64,000 bases of DNA, from the IMG/VR virus record IMGVR_UViG_3300006155_000234, one strand, 5' to 3'. Positions within the stretch are counted from its first letter, which is position 1. Each line of letters starts with the position of its first letter. Both the position numbers and the translations under genes were made by a program. The stretch is from a virus (lineage: Duplodnaviria; Heunggongvirae; Uroviricota; Caudoviricetes). Under the pieces are notes generated by a model. It ran no database searches and was not told the DNA's origin. It was given only the letters and a program-made list of their open reading frames with translations. Of the stretch, positions 29,636 to 39,946 are shown in pieces.

Positions 29636-30361
29636 ATGAATTATAGCATTATAGAAAGTAAAAATAGTATCCCATGGGTTCTTAGGCAATCAAGAGATAT
29701 GCAAGCTTGGTGTAAACTATTTGATTTACTTTTAAATAACTTCAAAACTAATACAGATTACTGGGTGTCTTTAATCGACTATGACCAATGTCCCAATCAC
29801 TTGTTGCCTCTTCTTGCCAGTTATGTAGGCTATAGATATGATTATACAGAAAGTTATTATACAAACAGACTTATAATCAAAAACTATATGAATATGATTA
29901 GGAATAGAGGTTCTGAAATTGGTATGTCATTAGCAACAGCATTATCTGTAAATGCTTTGGGTGAAATAGATAAAGTTGAAAGTTTATCAATGTTTCATAT
30001 AGATTATGTTGTTAAAGATGGTAAAATCAAGATATATATTTACTTTCCAGCAAATATGAGTAAAGTTAGAGATTTAATAGAAGTAGTTAGACCAGCAGGG
30101 GTTGGTTTAGAATTAATACCAGCAGAAATTATATCTACAATAGATGAAATTCAAATTTGGACTTATGTAGACCCACAAAAATTTAGTTATGATATTACAA
30201 GATACACAGTAAGAGATGAGCATTTAGGAGATAAATTAGGGGATGATGGAAGTGAAGATATGACCCCATGGCAATTCTCTAATGAAGGTGTTGGTTTTGC
30301 AGAGGTTGAAAATGAGAATAGACTGAGAGATAAAAATAAATATGACTTTTTAGAAGAATAA
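29636..30361 (+). CDS. Baseplate wedge / tail protein (P2 gpI-like)
   Basis: CPNHLLPLLASYVG...RNRGSEIG...VRPAG. Confidence 0.75.
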   Translation: MNYSIIESKNSIPWVLRQSRDMQAWCKLFDLLLNNFKTNTDYWVSLIDYDQCPNHLLPLLASYVGYRYDYTESYYTNRLIIKNYMNMIRNRGSEIGMSLATALSVNALGEIDKVESLSMFHIDYVVKDGKIKIYIYFPANMSKVRDLIEVVRPAGVGLELIPAEIISTIDEIQIWTYVDPQKFSYDITRYTVRDEHLGDKLGDDGSEDMTPWQFSNEGVGFAEVENENRLRDKNKYDFLEE

Positions 30362-30390
30362 TAGAAAAAGACTGTATTTAATACAGTCTT

Positions 30391-30891
30391 TTATTGTTCA
30401 TTTAATTTTAAACTTATATAGTTCAATATATTTACAAACTTACTATGCAGTTCTCCGTCTATTGGAAAATAACCTATATTATCTTTTTCACATAAAACAT
30501 TTTCAATATCTACTAATTTATCATATTGTTGTTCGTCTATTACATCTGAGTTTATAATTTTCTCATTTAAGTTCCAAAGTTCATTCCATAAGTAAGTTGG
30601 AAATACATCTTCATTCCATACTTTATTTATAGTAGATTTTTCTTCAATATCAAATAAAACTTTTTGAATTATAAGTTTTATATCTTTATCTATTTTAATA
30701 ATTCTATCTGGTTTTGCCATATTTAGTAATACTTGTAAATCCCATCTAATACTATCTAATTTTTCATTTAAGTAACTTTTGTATGGTTTTTCTCTAGTAT
30801 ATATTTCTATTTCAATAGCTTTCAATCTATCTTTTATGTTACCAATAGCACTTTTAGCTATTCCTATTTGATTTTCGTTTAAATAATCCAT
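30391..30891 (-). CDS. Hypothetical early protein
   Basis: Part of a minus-strand cassette with GGAGG RBS; ends at a bidirectional terminator (30365-30392). Confidence 0.65.
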   Translation of the reverse strand: MDYLNENQIGIAKSAIGNIKDRLKAIEIEIYTREKPYKSYLNEKLDSIRWDLQVLLNMAKPDRIIKIDKDIKLIIQKVLFDIEEKSTINKVWNEDVFPTYLWNELWNLNEKIINSDVIDEQQYDKLVDIENVLCEKDNIGYFPIDGELHSKFVNILNYISLKLNEQ

Positions 30892-30902
30892 AATATTACC
30901 TC

Positions 30903-31295
30903 CTATCCAAAGGCTTCTACTGTGTATAGTGTTCTTTTACCACTTTCCCATTTTGCTATTGCTTCTAATGTTGATTTAATTTCACCAGTACCCCAAATGC
31001 TTTTATTTAATTTTAAACCAGCATTGTTTAAAGCATCTTGTAATGCTGCAGATTTCTTCTCATAACCCCAACCAGTTGCTCTTCCTGAAGCTCTAAAATT
31101 TTCTTTACCACTAACCCAAATACAACAAGTTACAGTCCCACCTTTAGTACAATAAAATCTACAATCTATCCAATGATAAAATTCTTTGTCTAAAACTATA
31201 TAACTACACCAAAAATTATCTTCTTTCCTATAATTTATATTAAGTTCTTTTTTCTGTTTCTCTTTTCCTAAAATTTTAATTTTATCTTCATACAT
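30903..31295 (-). CDS. Hypothetical early protein (GxGYxKxSAA motif)
   Basis: 130 aa with RBS. Confidence 0.65.
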   Translation of the reverse strand: MYEDKIKILGKEKQKKELNINYRKEDNFWCSYIVLDKEFYHWIDCRFYCTKGGTVTCCIWVSGKENFRASGRATGWGYEKKSAALQDALNNAGLKLNKSIWGTGEIKSTLEAIAKWESGKRTLYTVEAFG

Positions 31296-31308
31296 AATAG
31301 TATCCTCC

Positions 31309-31701
31309 TTAAAATTCTCTTATTTTTTCTGCAAAATCAGCTAAATCAATAGCTTCCCAAAGAATATCAGACATATAGTCAATATCTTTACTATAAGTTT
31401 TTTGTATTATATATTCTGCAATATCTTCATTGAAATTATGAGTATTTAAAATTACTTTCTTTAGGTCATTCTTAAATTCATCTACTTTATTGGAACAACT
31501 TTCTTTGTATGCACTAAGTTCTTCCTTGTATTTATTCTCAAGTTCTAATCTATGCTCTCTGTTCCATCTAACTGATTTTTCCTCATCATATACATAATTT
31601 TCAATATGGTATCCTTCTGGTTTTGTTGGATATGGTAGTTTTGTTTCGTAACCTCCATTTGTCAATTTTGTTTGAATATTATCTATTGTATATCCTATCA
31701 T
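31309..31701 (-). CDS. Hypothetical early protein
   Basis: 130 aa with RBS. Confidence 0.65.
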   Translation of the reverse strand: MIGYTIDNIQTKLTNGGYETKLPYPTKPEGYHIENYVYDEEKSVRWNREHRLELENKYKEELSAYKESCSNKVDEFKNDLKKVILNTHNFNEDIAEYIIQKTYSKDIDYMSDILWEAIDLADFAEKIREF

Positions 31702-31704
31702 TAT

Positions 31705-31965
31705 TTACACCTCCTCTAAATTTGGAATTATATTATATTTACCACATTCTTTAATAAATGCTTCTTTTGAAGTAAATACTTTTACTTTTATATCTTCTTT
31801 ACAAAAAACATTATAATTTCTTTCTGCTATGGAAACTCCTGTTCTTTTTAAACTTTTTCTAAAATCTGTTTTGTTTTCACCCCAGTCATTAGTAAACCAT
31901 TTTACAATAGAATTATCTCTACTATAAGGTCCATTTACTATAACTAAACCATATAAATCTTCCAT
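31705..31965 (-). CDS. Hypothetical early protein
   Basis: First gene after the promoter at 32014-32042. Confidence 0.6.
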   Translation of the reverse strand: MEDLYGLVIVNGPYSRDNSIVKWFTNDWGENKTDFRKSLKRTGVSIAERNYNVFCKEDIKVKVFTSKEAFIKECGKYNIIPNLEEV

Positions 31966-32013
31966 ACTTAAAACCTCTCCTTTTCAAAATTATTATTTCC
32001 TTACTATGATGTG

Positions 32014-32042
32014 ATTATACTATAAGTTTTAAAATATGTCAA
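32014..32042 (-). promoter_or_regulatory. Early promoter TTGACATATTTTAAAACTTATAGTATAAT
   Basis: Perfect sigmaA consensus with a 17-nt spacer; identical to copies at 41415 and 62222. Confidence 0.85.
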
Positions 32043-32066
32043 GGGTTTTTTCAAAATTTATTAAAT

Positions 32067-32513
32067 TTATTTTCTTTCATCAGGTTCTCCACAGAATATA
32101 CAGGTATTATCATTTCCATCCCATTTACATATACAATTTCCTATTGGACTTAATTCACAGCTCCATTCTGAAAGAAATAAATCTTCTGAATTATCTATTT
32201 TAGAAAATAAATCTACAAAAAAATTATGATAATCTTGTTCTGCTTCATTTAATTTTTGTTCTGCTAATTCAAATATAATTTTTTTAGTATGTAAATTTGC
32301 TTTCTCCTTAGGCTCCAATTCATATTTATAAGTTTCTTCTATATACTCATCAGGTACTTTAAATCCTACTTCTTCATTCCATACATAACCATCTTTATCT
32401 ATAATGTGCATGTGAAAATCAAATTTATCTCTCCACCCTAGATTTATATTATCTAAAAATTCATCATTATCAGATTTATAAACATTAAATACTTTTACTT
32501 TTATCTTTTTCAA
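32067..32513 (-). CDS. Hypothetical Cys-rich protein
   Basis: C..SPIG.C...CIFCGEPDERK C-terminus. Confidence 0.65.
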   Translation of the reverse strand: MKKIKVKVFNVYKSDNDEFLDNINLGWRDKFDFHMHIIDKDGYVWNEEVGFKVPDEYIEETYKYELEPKEKANLHTKKIIFELAEQKLNEAEQDYHNFFVDLFSKIDNSEDLFLSEWSCELSPIGNCICKWDGNDNTCIFCGEPDERK

Positions 32514-32778
32514 AATAATCTTCCTCCATTCCTAATATTTGCAATATCTCTTTAGGGTCTGTTTCATAAAATACAGATATAGTATTTCCTTTATTATCTA
32601 TATCAAATTCAAGTTCAAGTATATCATAGTGTTTCCCCTTATAATTTCTATGATGAACAGTTACATTTTTTCCAATAAGAGATATAAGAGAGAAACCTTG
32701 ATTTTCTCCATATACTATAATTTCTTCAGCTTGCTTCTTTAATATTCTATTTATTTTCATATTTACCATCTCCTTCAT
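32485..32778 (-). CDS. Hypothetical protein
   Basis: Overlapping gene in the cassette; true start probably MKINR. Confidence 0.55.
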   Translation of the reverse strand: MKEMVNMKINRILKKQAEEIIVYGENQGFSLISLIGKNVTVHHRNYKGKHYDILELEFDIDNKGNTISVFYETDPKEILQILGMEEDYFEKDKSKSI

Positions 32779-32992
32779 ATATTATATTTCCTGAAATGTC
32801 ATTCCACTCACAATCACATCTCTTACATCTGTAACCTGATGCACCATACCCACTTCCACTTGATGTATGTATTGGTTTGCTATTTATATCATAAAAACCA
32901 TCTTTGCCTATTTCATAATAATTAGTAGATATTTCTTCTAACCAATAATCTAATTTATCACAACCACATTTAGGACATTTAATTCTATTCAT
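32747..32992 (-). CDS. Zinc-ribbon protein
   Basis: CPKC...CKRC. Confidence 0.6.
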   Translation of the reverse strand: MNRIKCPKCGCDKLDYWLEEISTNYYEIGKDGFYDINSKPIHTSSGSGYGASGYRCKRCDCEWNDISGNIIYEGDGKYENK

Positions 32993-33048
32993 AGTATTTC
33001 TTCCTTTCTATATGTTTAACATTTGTATTATCTACTATTTGTAATAGT

Positions 33049-33077
33049 ATTATACTATAAGTTTTAAGATATGTCAA
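33049..33077 (-). promoter_or_regulatory. Early promoter with conserved spacer
   Basis: TTGACA-tatcttaaaacttatag-TATAAT. Confidence 0.85.
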
Positions 33078-33156
33078 GCATTTTTTAAAATTTTTAAATA
33101 AATTTTAAAATATATCAAGTGAATTTATAAAAATGTTAATTTTGTAATATATATAA

Positions 33157-33173
33157 GTAAAATATTAATGAGG
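33157..33173 (+). promoter_or_regulatory. Late-promoter motif
   Basis: Exact motif followed by a 210-nt structured leader. Confidence 0.75.
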
Positions 33174-33385
33174 CAGGAATACTTGCCTAATCTCAATAAT
33201 AAGTTTTATGGTTTAGATTAAAGTAAGATATACAATATCTAACAATACTTTTGTATCTAGACCATTTTATTTATAAGGGGATTTGCCTTCCTCTTTTCTC
33301 TCAATAGAAATATTGATAATCAGAAAAGAAAAAGTATGTAAAGAAATCAGGCACTTTACAAATATGTATAAAGGAGGAACTTAAA

Positions 33386-33595
33386 ATGGCACAAAGAGAT
33401 TTTTCAGCAGTAACAACTGCTACAATCAAAAATGCTGGTGCAAAACCTGTAGAAGTAAGATACTTCAAAGTTAATTTTCCAGAGGAATTACAACCTGAAG
33501 ATGAAATCGTACTAACAGTTAAAACATCAGAAGAAGCTGCTTACTATGCTGCTCAAGAAAATGCTGAGTTAGGTATTGAAGTTACATTAGCTTAG
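33386..33595 (+). CDS. Small structural protein (candidate decoration protein)
   Basis: Strong RBS; codon usage resembles the capsid gene (TAC, TTC, ATC). Confidence 0.6.
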   Translation: MAQRDFSAVTTATIKNAGAKPVEVRYFKVNFPEELQPEDEIVLTVKTSEEAAYYAAQENAELGIEVTLA

Positions 33596-33624
33596 TTTGA
33601 AATGTTAGTTAGGAGGTATGTTAC

Positions 33625-34053
33625 ATGAAAGTAACAGTTAAAAACCCTAGCAAAAAACCTATAAATATTTCTAAACTTGCTCCTTTGATGCCAACACAGG
33701 TATTAAGTGTAAATGAGGAAATTGAAGTAAATGTTAGGGATATTGAAGGTGTTATGAAAAGGGCAGAAGAAATTGGTGTAACTGTTACCCCAATGGAAGC
33801 CTTCGAAATAACACCAGTTGTAGATGACCCTGATGGGTTGAAAAATCCAGAAAGTATTACTGAAACTTCTAATAATGAAAAAGATGGTTCTAAAGAAATA
33901 CCACCAGAAATAGGTGAGGATGCCCAAGAAACTAATAAAGTAGACGAGGGTATAAAAGATATTGATGAAAAACCTAAATCTAAATTTGTTAGAAAGTCAG
34001 CAAAGGGTAAAAAGACTACAACAAAGAAATCAATTTTTGGTAATAATAAATAA
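33625..34053 (+). CDS. Hypothetical protein
   Basis: 142 aa with an acidic then basic low-complexity tail. Confidence 0.6.
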   Translation: MKVTVKNPSKKPINISKLAPLMPTQVLSVNEEIEVNVRDIEGVMKRAEEIGVTVTPMEAFEITPVVDDPDGLKNPESITETSNNEKDGSKEIPPEIGEDAQETNKVDEGIKDIDEKPKSKFVRKSAKGKKTTTKKSIFGNNK

Positions 34054-34139
34054 TTTATATATTATTACAAGTGTAGTTATAGGTAGATACCTACCTCTTC
34101 TACCTATAACTATACAAATATATACGGAGGTAGATTGGA

Positions 34140-34910
34140 ATGAATGAAGAAGAAATAAATAACTTACCAGAATTGGATAGTATATTTCAGGATAAAGATT
34201 TAGTTAAACCTAGAAAATACCCTCGTATGAAAAAAAGAACAAAATCAATAGTTAGATATATAGAAAAGCAATTAGGTGGGGATGTTTTAGAGTTGGAACT
34301 AACACCTGCACAGGTAAAAGAAATTGTTGATGAGGCATTTGATGAGTTAAAACATTATATATCAGATACATATACAATTACAGTACCCTTTTCTAAATGT
34401 ATTGATTTAAAAAAATACAATATTGATGCAGTAGATAGGGTAACTAGATGCAACGATAGTATTCTATCTGGTACTTCTTATTTAGTACCTATTGCAATGT
34501 ATCCTAATACAGTTACAGGAATATATGATGTACAAGATTATGCAAATGCTTTAATGGTTAAAAAGAATTTGAATATATTATCTACTGATATGGATTATCA
34601 TTGGGATAAACCTAACAGAAAATTATATATATCTGCAAATCCACAGACACCATCATTTGTGACTATATCTTTTAAACCAGAATATTATTCTTGTGAAGAT
34701 ATTAGAGAAATGTATTGGGAAACTCAATTAAGAAAGATGGCATTAGCAATGGCAAAAATAATAACAGGTAGAATAAGAAGCAAATATACTCCAAATAATG
34801 CTACATTTGGTTTGGACGGACCTACAATATTACAAGAAGGTTTAACCGAACTACAAAATGTAAGAACTTATTTAGATGATAATAAAGATAATTTTAAAGT
34901 ATTAAACTAA
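34140..34910 (+). CDS. Neck protein (T4 gp13-like)
   Basis: YIEKQLGG..LELELT..Q, ALAMAK...GRIRSKY and LDG motifs. Confidence 0.75.
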   Translation: MNEEEINNLPELDSIFQDKDLVKPRKYPRMKKRTKSIVRYIEKQLGGDVLELELTPAQVKEIVDEAFDELKHYISDTYTITVPFSKCIDLKKYNIDAVDRVTRCNDSILSGTSYLVPIAMYPNTVTGIYDVQDYANALMVKKNLNILSTDMDYHWDKPNRKLYISANPQTPSFVTISFKPEYYSCEDIREMYWETQLRKMALAMAKIITGRIRSKYTPNNATFGLDGPTILQEGLTELQNVRTYLDDNKDNFKVLN

Positions 34911-34947
34911 TTATTTTAAAAGTTATAGAAAGGAAGTGTATCATAAT

Positions 34948-35517
34948 ATGAATTTTATGGAGGCTTATGCACAAGAATTACAAAAAGAGAAAGCAAAGCT
35001 TATTGAAAGTAGAACTAGAAAAGCAAAAAAAGTTGAAACAAAGATAGTTAAAGAAGATACAGAAGAGTATCTAGAACCAAGATTTGATAGTAGAGCATCT
35101 TTCTACAAAAAAGCAAAAGTAGTTAAAAAAGATAATGGTGATGAAGAACTATACTCTTATGGAACACATGTTGGTGGTGTAAGAGGTGGTAAACCATATT
35201 CAAAAGGAAAATTCTCTCAAACAACAACTAGACACCAAAAAGATTATTTTCAACAAAGAGGATTTGACCCTAAAGAAGTTGAAACAGAAGGAAAGAAACT
35301 TGAAGAAAGAGATAGAAGCAGAACAGGAATTATGCAATCTATACAAGATACAATAGTACCTGAGTTAGATTGGGTTGCTGATTGCAGTAAAGATGAGGGA
35401 CTTGTTGGTTTAGCAGAGTTATGTGAAGAGTATGCAAATGCTTTAAGAGATTTTGATATAAATAATCTTGAAGAAAATAAAAAGGAGGAAGCTAAAAATG
35501 TTAAAAAAATCAAATAG
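34948..35517 (+). CDS. Hypothetical (possible internal head) protein
   Basis: KLIES motif; SFYKKAKV...LYSYGT.V...SQTTTRHQKDY domain. Confidence 0.6.
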   Translation: MNFMEAYAQELQKEKAKLIESRTRKAKKVETKIVKEDTEEYLEPRFDSRASFYKKAKVVKKDNGDEELYSYGTHVGGVRGGKPYSKGKFSQTTTRHQKDYFQQRGFDPKEVETEGKKLEERDRSRTGIMQSIQDTIVPELDWVADCSKDEGLVGLAELCEEYANALRDFDINNLEENKKEEAKNVKKIK

Positions 35518-36685
35518 AATTTCATTAGAAGAAGCTACAAGATTAGCAATTTTAGGTAAATTACCTTTAAAGGAAAATAAATCTATAAAGAAAGAAAGTA
35601 CAACAGTTACAACTACACCAGATGGATTAACAGCAGTTGAAACTGATGATGCTAATATTGTAATAGAACCAAAAGAAAATGCAGCAGTTGATATTGGTAT
35701 GGGTACAGAACCAGTTATAGATGAAACACCAGTAGAAGATATACCTGTTGAAGAACCAATTATGGATGATTCTGTTGAAGATGAACCAGAAATGGAAGAT
35801 TTTGAAGAAAGTAAAAAAATTACTGAAGGAGAAGCTCCTTTATTCAAAAAGAAAATAAATAAAACAGATATAAAAAAAGTTGAAAATAAAGGATTAAAAG
35901 AACATAAAGTTGCATTTAAGCAAAGTAATAAATTACAAGAAGGTGTATATACAGTTGAGTATATTGGTTCTTTCGATGAATTATATAGCTCTAGCTGGAG
36001 TGGTGCAATATCTACACTAGATACAATAAGAGAAGCAGATAAGGAAGATGAACTAATGGACTACCTTGAATCATTTGAAGATAGTGCTGATACTGCTATG
36101 GATAGAACTGAATTAAATGATATGCTTTGGTTTGAAAGTGATACAATTTTTGCAGATTTAGGAATATCTGACGAAGAAGATTTAGATGAAAGTAAAAAAG
36201 TTGAAGGTTGTGGTAGAAACTGTGGAAAAGAAAAGAAAGAAGAAGGGGAAGCACAACTATTCAAAAAGAAAATTAATAAAACAGACATTAAAAAAGTAGA
36301 AAATAAATCTAAAAAAGAAGAAGCAGAAAAAGAACCTAAAAGAAAAGTTATTAATAAAGTTGATTTAAGAAAAACTGAATCTAAAAAATTAAATAAAGAA
36401 TTAAAAACTAAAGTTGAGGAAGGATTATCTAAATTTGTAAATGAAACATATAAAAATGGTAAATCTGTGAAAGTTGAAAAAGTTTTAGCATTAACAGAAA
36501 GTAAATTATATGTTAAAGGTAAATTAGTTATGGAAAGTGATACAAAAGATTTTACTTGTAAACTAATTCCTATAAAAGAAAATAAAACATTTAGAAAATA
36601 TACAATTAAAGAGAATAAACAACTAAAAATTACAGAAGGAAAAACTTTAAAAGGAAAAGAATTTAGTTTAATATTGAAAAAATAA
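35498..36685 (+). CDS. Acidic/basic low-complexity protein (probable prohead core/internal protein)
   Basis: AAGGAGG RBS before ATG 35498; internal repeats; many LxE motifs. Confidence 0.6.
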   Translation: MLKKSNRISLEEATRLAILGKLPLKENKSIKKESTTVTTTPDGLTAVETDDANIVIEPKENAAVDIGMGTEPVIDETPVEDIPVEEPIMDDSVEDEPEMEDFEESKKITEGEAPLFKKKINKTDIKKVENKGLKEHKVAFKQSNKLQEGVYTVEYIGSFDELYSSSWSGAISTLDTIREADKEDELMDYLESFEDSADTAMDRTELNDMLWFESDTIFADLGISDEEDLDESKKVEGCGRNCGKEKKEEGEAQLFKKKINKTDIKKVENKSKKEEAEKEPKRKVINKVDLRKTESKKLNKELKTKVEEGLSKFVNETYKNGKSVKVEKVLALTESKLYVKGKLVMESDTKDFTCKLIPIKENKTFRKYTIKENKQLKITEGKTLKGKEFSLILKK

Positions 36686-36704
36686 GAAAAGGAGGAATTA
36701 AACA

Positions 36705-38279
36705 ATGGCATTTATAGAAATTACAACTAATAATCTATCAAGAGAATTAGGAAATTCAAAAGCAGCTATTGATAACTGGGTATATGTACCTGGAACTGCC
36801 ATAACAGGTGACTGGACAAAACCAGTATTAGTAACAACTGTTGACGAATTTAAAAATGCTTTTGGACAAAAAGGACCTGAAGGTTCTAGCACATTTGAAT
36901 ATGTAACAGGTTTATTAAGTGCTGGTATGCCAATAATGTTTAGAAGAATTGCACACCATAATCAAGCAAACATTACTGAAGAAGATGTTGAAAATGATTT
37001 GAATGGTGCATTAAAAGCAAAAGCAACTTTTAAAAAAGAAACAGATACTGGAGAAATTATTGACTTCATTGTTGAAGAAAAATATGGTGGTAGTTTTGGT
37101 AATGACATGAAAGTAACTTATAAACCTTCAACAAGTGCTATTTGGTTAGATGTAGAAGTTGGAAGAAGTTTAATAGAAAGAAGAAGATTAGCAATTCGTA
37201 AAGCTAATTCAGAAGAAACTGCAAAAGAAGTAATTAATTCTTTAAGAACTATTGAATTTGATAGAATAAAAATAAGTTCAGTAAATGAAGATTTTACTAC
37301 ATTTGATGTAAATGAGAAAAAAGAATTTATGCTAGTAGGTGGTGCAGATTTTCCTGAAACAGATGTTGCTGCAGAAATTCCAGAATCATATAAATTTATA
37401 GAAGATAAAATGTTATTCAAACCTAAATTTATAACAAGTGGAGGATATACAGATGATATGTCTAATGGAAAAGGACCACTTGCTATTGCTAATGCAATGT
37501 TAGCTTTAACAAAGAAAAGACAAGATTGTGCTGCTATTATAGATTTACCAATAGGTTCAGTACAAGGAGAATATGAAGATGTTGCTGGTTCATTGAAGTA
37601 TAATCAATATACAGATAATGGTATAATAGCAAGTGGACGTATATTTGGACCATGGGTTTATATAAGAATTGGTGCAGATAGTTATTGGATGCCACCATCT
37701 TATGCTTATTTAACAGCTATGGGTAATAGATTAGCAGAAGGTAAGAAATCATATAACCCAGTTGCTGGCTTGAGCACAGGTGTTATAAAAAATGTAGTTA
37801 GAACAGAATTTGAGATAGGAACAGACATCGCTGAAAAATGGCAATCAGATGATAGTGTAAATATAAATCCAATTATGAAAATAAATGGAAGTACTTATGC
37901 TATTGGTGGAAATAGTACATTATTGGAACCTGAAGTAGAAACAGGAGAAAATAATCTATTTATTGAATCAAGTGCTGATTTAACAGTAATAGATATTAGA
38001 AGATTTGTTTATAATCTTGCTACAGAACTACAATTCCAATATAACTCAACAGAAGTTTTTGAAACATTTGGATTAAGAACATCTGATTATCTTGATAGAA
38101 TGATTTCAGAAGGTGCAGTAACTGACTATGCTATTTACAATGAAAGTACAGATGCTGAACCTAGAAAATTAAAGATAAGACTTGATGTTTACTTATCACC
38201 TACTGTTAAGAAAATTGAAATCTTACTTAATGTTGGTTATGGTAGTGTAGAAATGCAAACAGAAGGAGGTAATAGCTAA
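36705..38279 (+). CDS. Tail sheath protein (gp18-like)
   Basis: PVLVTTVDEFKNAFG, KYGGSFGN, RQDCAAIIDLP, PPS, INPI and VYLSPT motifs. Confidence 0.9.
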   Translation: MAFIEITTNNLSRELGNSKAAIDNWVYVPGTAITGDWTKPVLVTTVDEFKNAFGQKGPEGSSTFEYVTGLLSAGMPIMFRRIAHHNQANITEEDVENDLNGALKAKATFKKETDTGEIIDFIVEEKYGGSFGNDMKVTYKPSTSAIWLDVEVGRSLIERRRLAIRKANSEETAKEVINSLRTIEFDRIKISSVNEDFTTFDVNEKKEFMLVGGADFPETDVAAEIPESYKFIEDKMLFKPKFITSGGYTDDMSNGKGPLAIANAMLALTKKRQDCAAIIDLPIGSVQGEYEDVAGSLKYNQYTDNGIIASGRIFGPWVYIRIGADSYWMPPSYAYLTAMGNRLAEGKKSYNPVAGLSTGVIKNVVRTEFEIGTDIAEKWQSDDSVNINPIMKINGSTYAIGGNSTLLEPEVETGENNLFIESSADLTVIDIRRFVYNLATELQFQYNSTEVFETFGLRTSDYLDRMISEGAVTDYAIYNESTDAEPRKLKIRLDVYLSPTVKKIEILLNVGYGSVEMQTEGGNS

Positions 38280-39034
38280 TGGGAAGAGTATTTTCAACAA
38301 ACCTAAATATGAATGATAGAAATTCTGTTACAGCAGATATTACTGATAAATATTTAGGAACATCTTATATGTTACTACACAAAAAAGACTTTGAACCTGG
38401 AAGAAGTTCAGACTTTATATTCAAAGTTAAATTTGCAAGAGACCTATATGATATGGATTCTAATTTAGTTGCTACTGCTGCTGATGCATCTGAAACTCTT
38501 GCATTATCTTTAAGAGATTTTGCAGGACCAAGTATGACAGTTGACCCAATGACATTAAGAACTGGTAATGGGGAAATGAAATATGCAGGTGTACCTACTG
38601 TTGGTACAAGTGCAATATCATTTACTGATTATATTGGTATGGATACAGAAAGAATATTGTTAGCATGGTACACTCAATGTCATAACCCTAAAAATGATAA
38701 GATAGGTTTCAAAGAATACTACAGTAATGATGGATTGCTATATAAGTGGGCTCCGAACGGAACTAGAGTAATTGACTGGAGATTACAAGGTTGCTGGATA
38801 AATGAATATAATCAAGGTAACTATTCAAGACAAAATCCTGAATTTAGACAATTCAGTACAACTATTCAATATGATAAGGCTTATCCTTGGACAACAGCTC
38901 CATATAGTCAATTTAAAGTATCTGATGATGAAGTTACAAATCAAAAATCATCAGCACCATTTAACTCACCTACTGCTACGAATTATCTTGGTACTTTGGG
39001 TAATGTTAATACAGATACAAGAAATAACAAATAA
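38279..39034 (+). CDS. Tail tube protein (gp19-like)
   Basis: Follows the sheath; KYAG.P, W.LQGCW and TIQYDKA motifs. Confidence 0.8.
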   Translation: MGRVFSTNLNMNDRNSVTADITDKYLGTSYMLLHKKDFEPGRSSDFIFKVKFARDLYDMDSNLVATAADASETLALSLRDFAGPSMTVDPMTLRTGNGEMKYAGVPTVGTSAISFTDYIGMDTERILLAWYTQCHNPKNDKIGFKEYYSNDGLLYKWAPNGTRVIDWRLQGCWINEYNQGNYSRQNPEFRQFSTTIQYDKAYPWTTAPYSQFKVSDDEVTNQKSSAPFNSPTATNYLGTLGNVNTDTRNNK

Positions 39035-39052
39035 TTGAATAATTAAAATAAA

Positions 39053-39094
39053 GTAAAATATTAATGAGGAGATAAAATTCCTCATTAATATTTT
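39053..39094. promoter_or_regulatory. Late-promoter motif duplicated as a 16-bp inverted repeat
   Basis: aaaatattaatgagga-gataaaat-tcctcattaatatttt. Confidence 0.7.
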
Positions 39095-39118
39095 TCAATT
39101 TATAGGAGGTAGGAATTT

Positions 39119-39946
39119 ATGGCAGATTTAATGAATACACAAAATCAAGATAAAAAAGAAGAGATTAAAGAGTTTGAGGAAGAGGTAGTACCAAATGTAA
39201 CTAATATAAAAAGTCAGGAAACATTTTTATTACCTAGTAAAGGATTGTTTTATACAAATCAAAATATGAAATCTATAACTTTAAGAAGAATGACAGTAAA
39301 AGAAGATAAAATTAGATTGAGAAATGATGGGGAAGATAAAATTAGAAAAAACCTATTACAAGCATGTACTATTGGGGAAGGAATAGATATAGGTCAACTA
39401 ACATTATTTGATGTTAATTACTTACTATTTTGTTTAAGAAGAATAAGTTTGTTAAATAATATATATAAAGTTAGATGCTATTGCCCACATTGTGAAGCAG
39501 AATTTATAGATGAGGTTGATTTATCTAAATTAAAGATTAAATATGCAGAAGAAGGAAATCTACCAAATTTTGATATAATACTTCCAATTTCTAAAATTAA
39601 AATTAAATTAAAATATCCTTCTTTAAATAATACAATTATGCTTAGAGAAAATATAATTGAATATTTAAAAATGAATGCTGATGAAGAAGTTGGTGAATTA
39701 TTATATGAATTAGGTGATATAATTTATATAGATAAAGTCAATGGTGGAAGTATGATTACAGAAGAATTAGAAGATTTTATAGATAATCTTGATATTGTTG
39801 ATTTAAGAGCAATAAAAGATGGTATAAAAAAATTAGATGGACAATATGGAATAGATGATGATATTCTATGTAAATGCCCTAATTGTAAAAAAGATGTACA
39901 TCATGGTTTACCAATAACTGGAGAATTATTTTCACCCTCATTATAA
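39119..39946 (+). CDS. Baseplate hub / tail assembly chaperone (T4 gp26-like)
   Basis: LPSKGLFY, RRMTVKED, CPHC, LPISK and CPNC motifs. Confidence 0.8.
   Translation: MADLMNTQNQDKKEEIKEFEEEVVPNVTNIKSQETFLLPSKGLFYTNQNMKSITLRRMTVKEDKIRLRNDGEDKIRKNLLQACTIGEGIDIGQLTLFDVNYLLFCLRRISLLNNIYKVRCYCPHCEAEFIDEVDLSKLKIKYAEEGNLPNFDIILPISKIKIKLKYPSLNNTIMLRENIIEYLKMNADEEVGELLYELGDIIYIDKVNGGSMITEELEDFIDNLDIVDLRAIKDGIKKLDGQYGIDDDILCKCPNCKKDVHHGLPITGELFSPSL

Noticed and set aside
34936-36685. Overlap of ORFs 34936..35517 and 35468..36685 as another frameshift
   Set aside because: There is no CGG or slippery site, and the downstream gene has its own AAGGAGG RBS and ATG at 35498.
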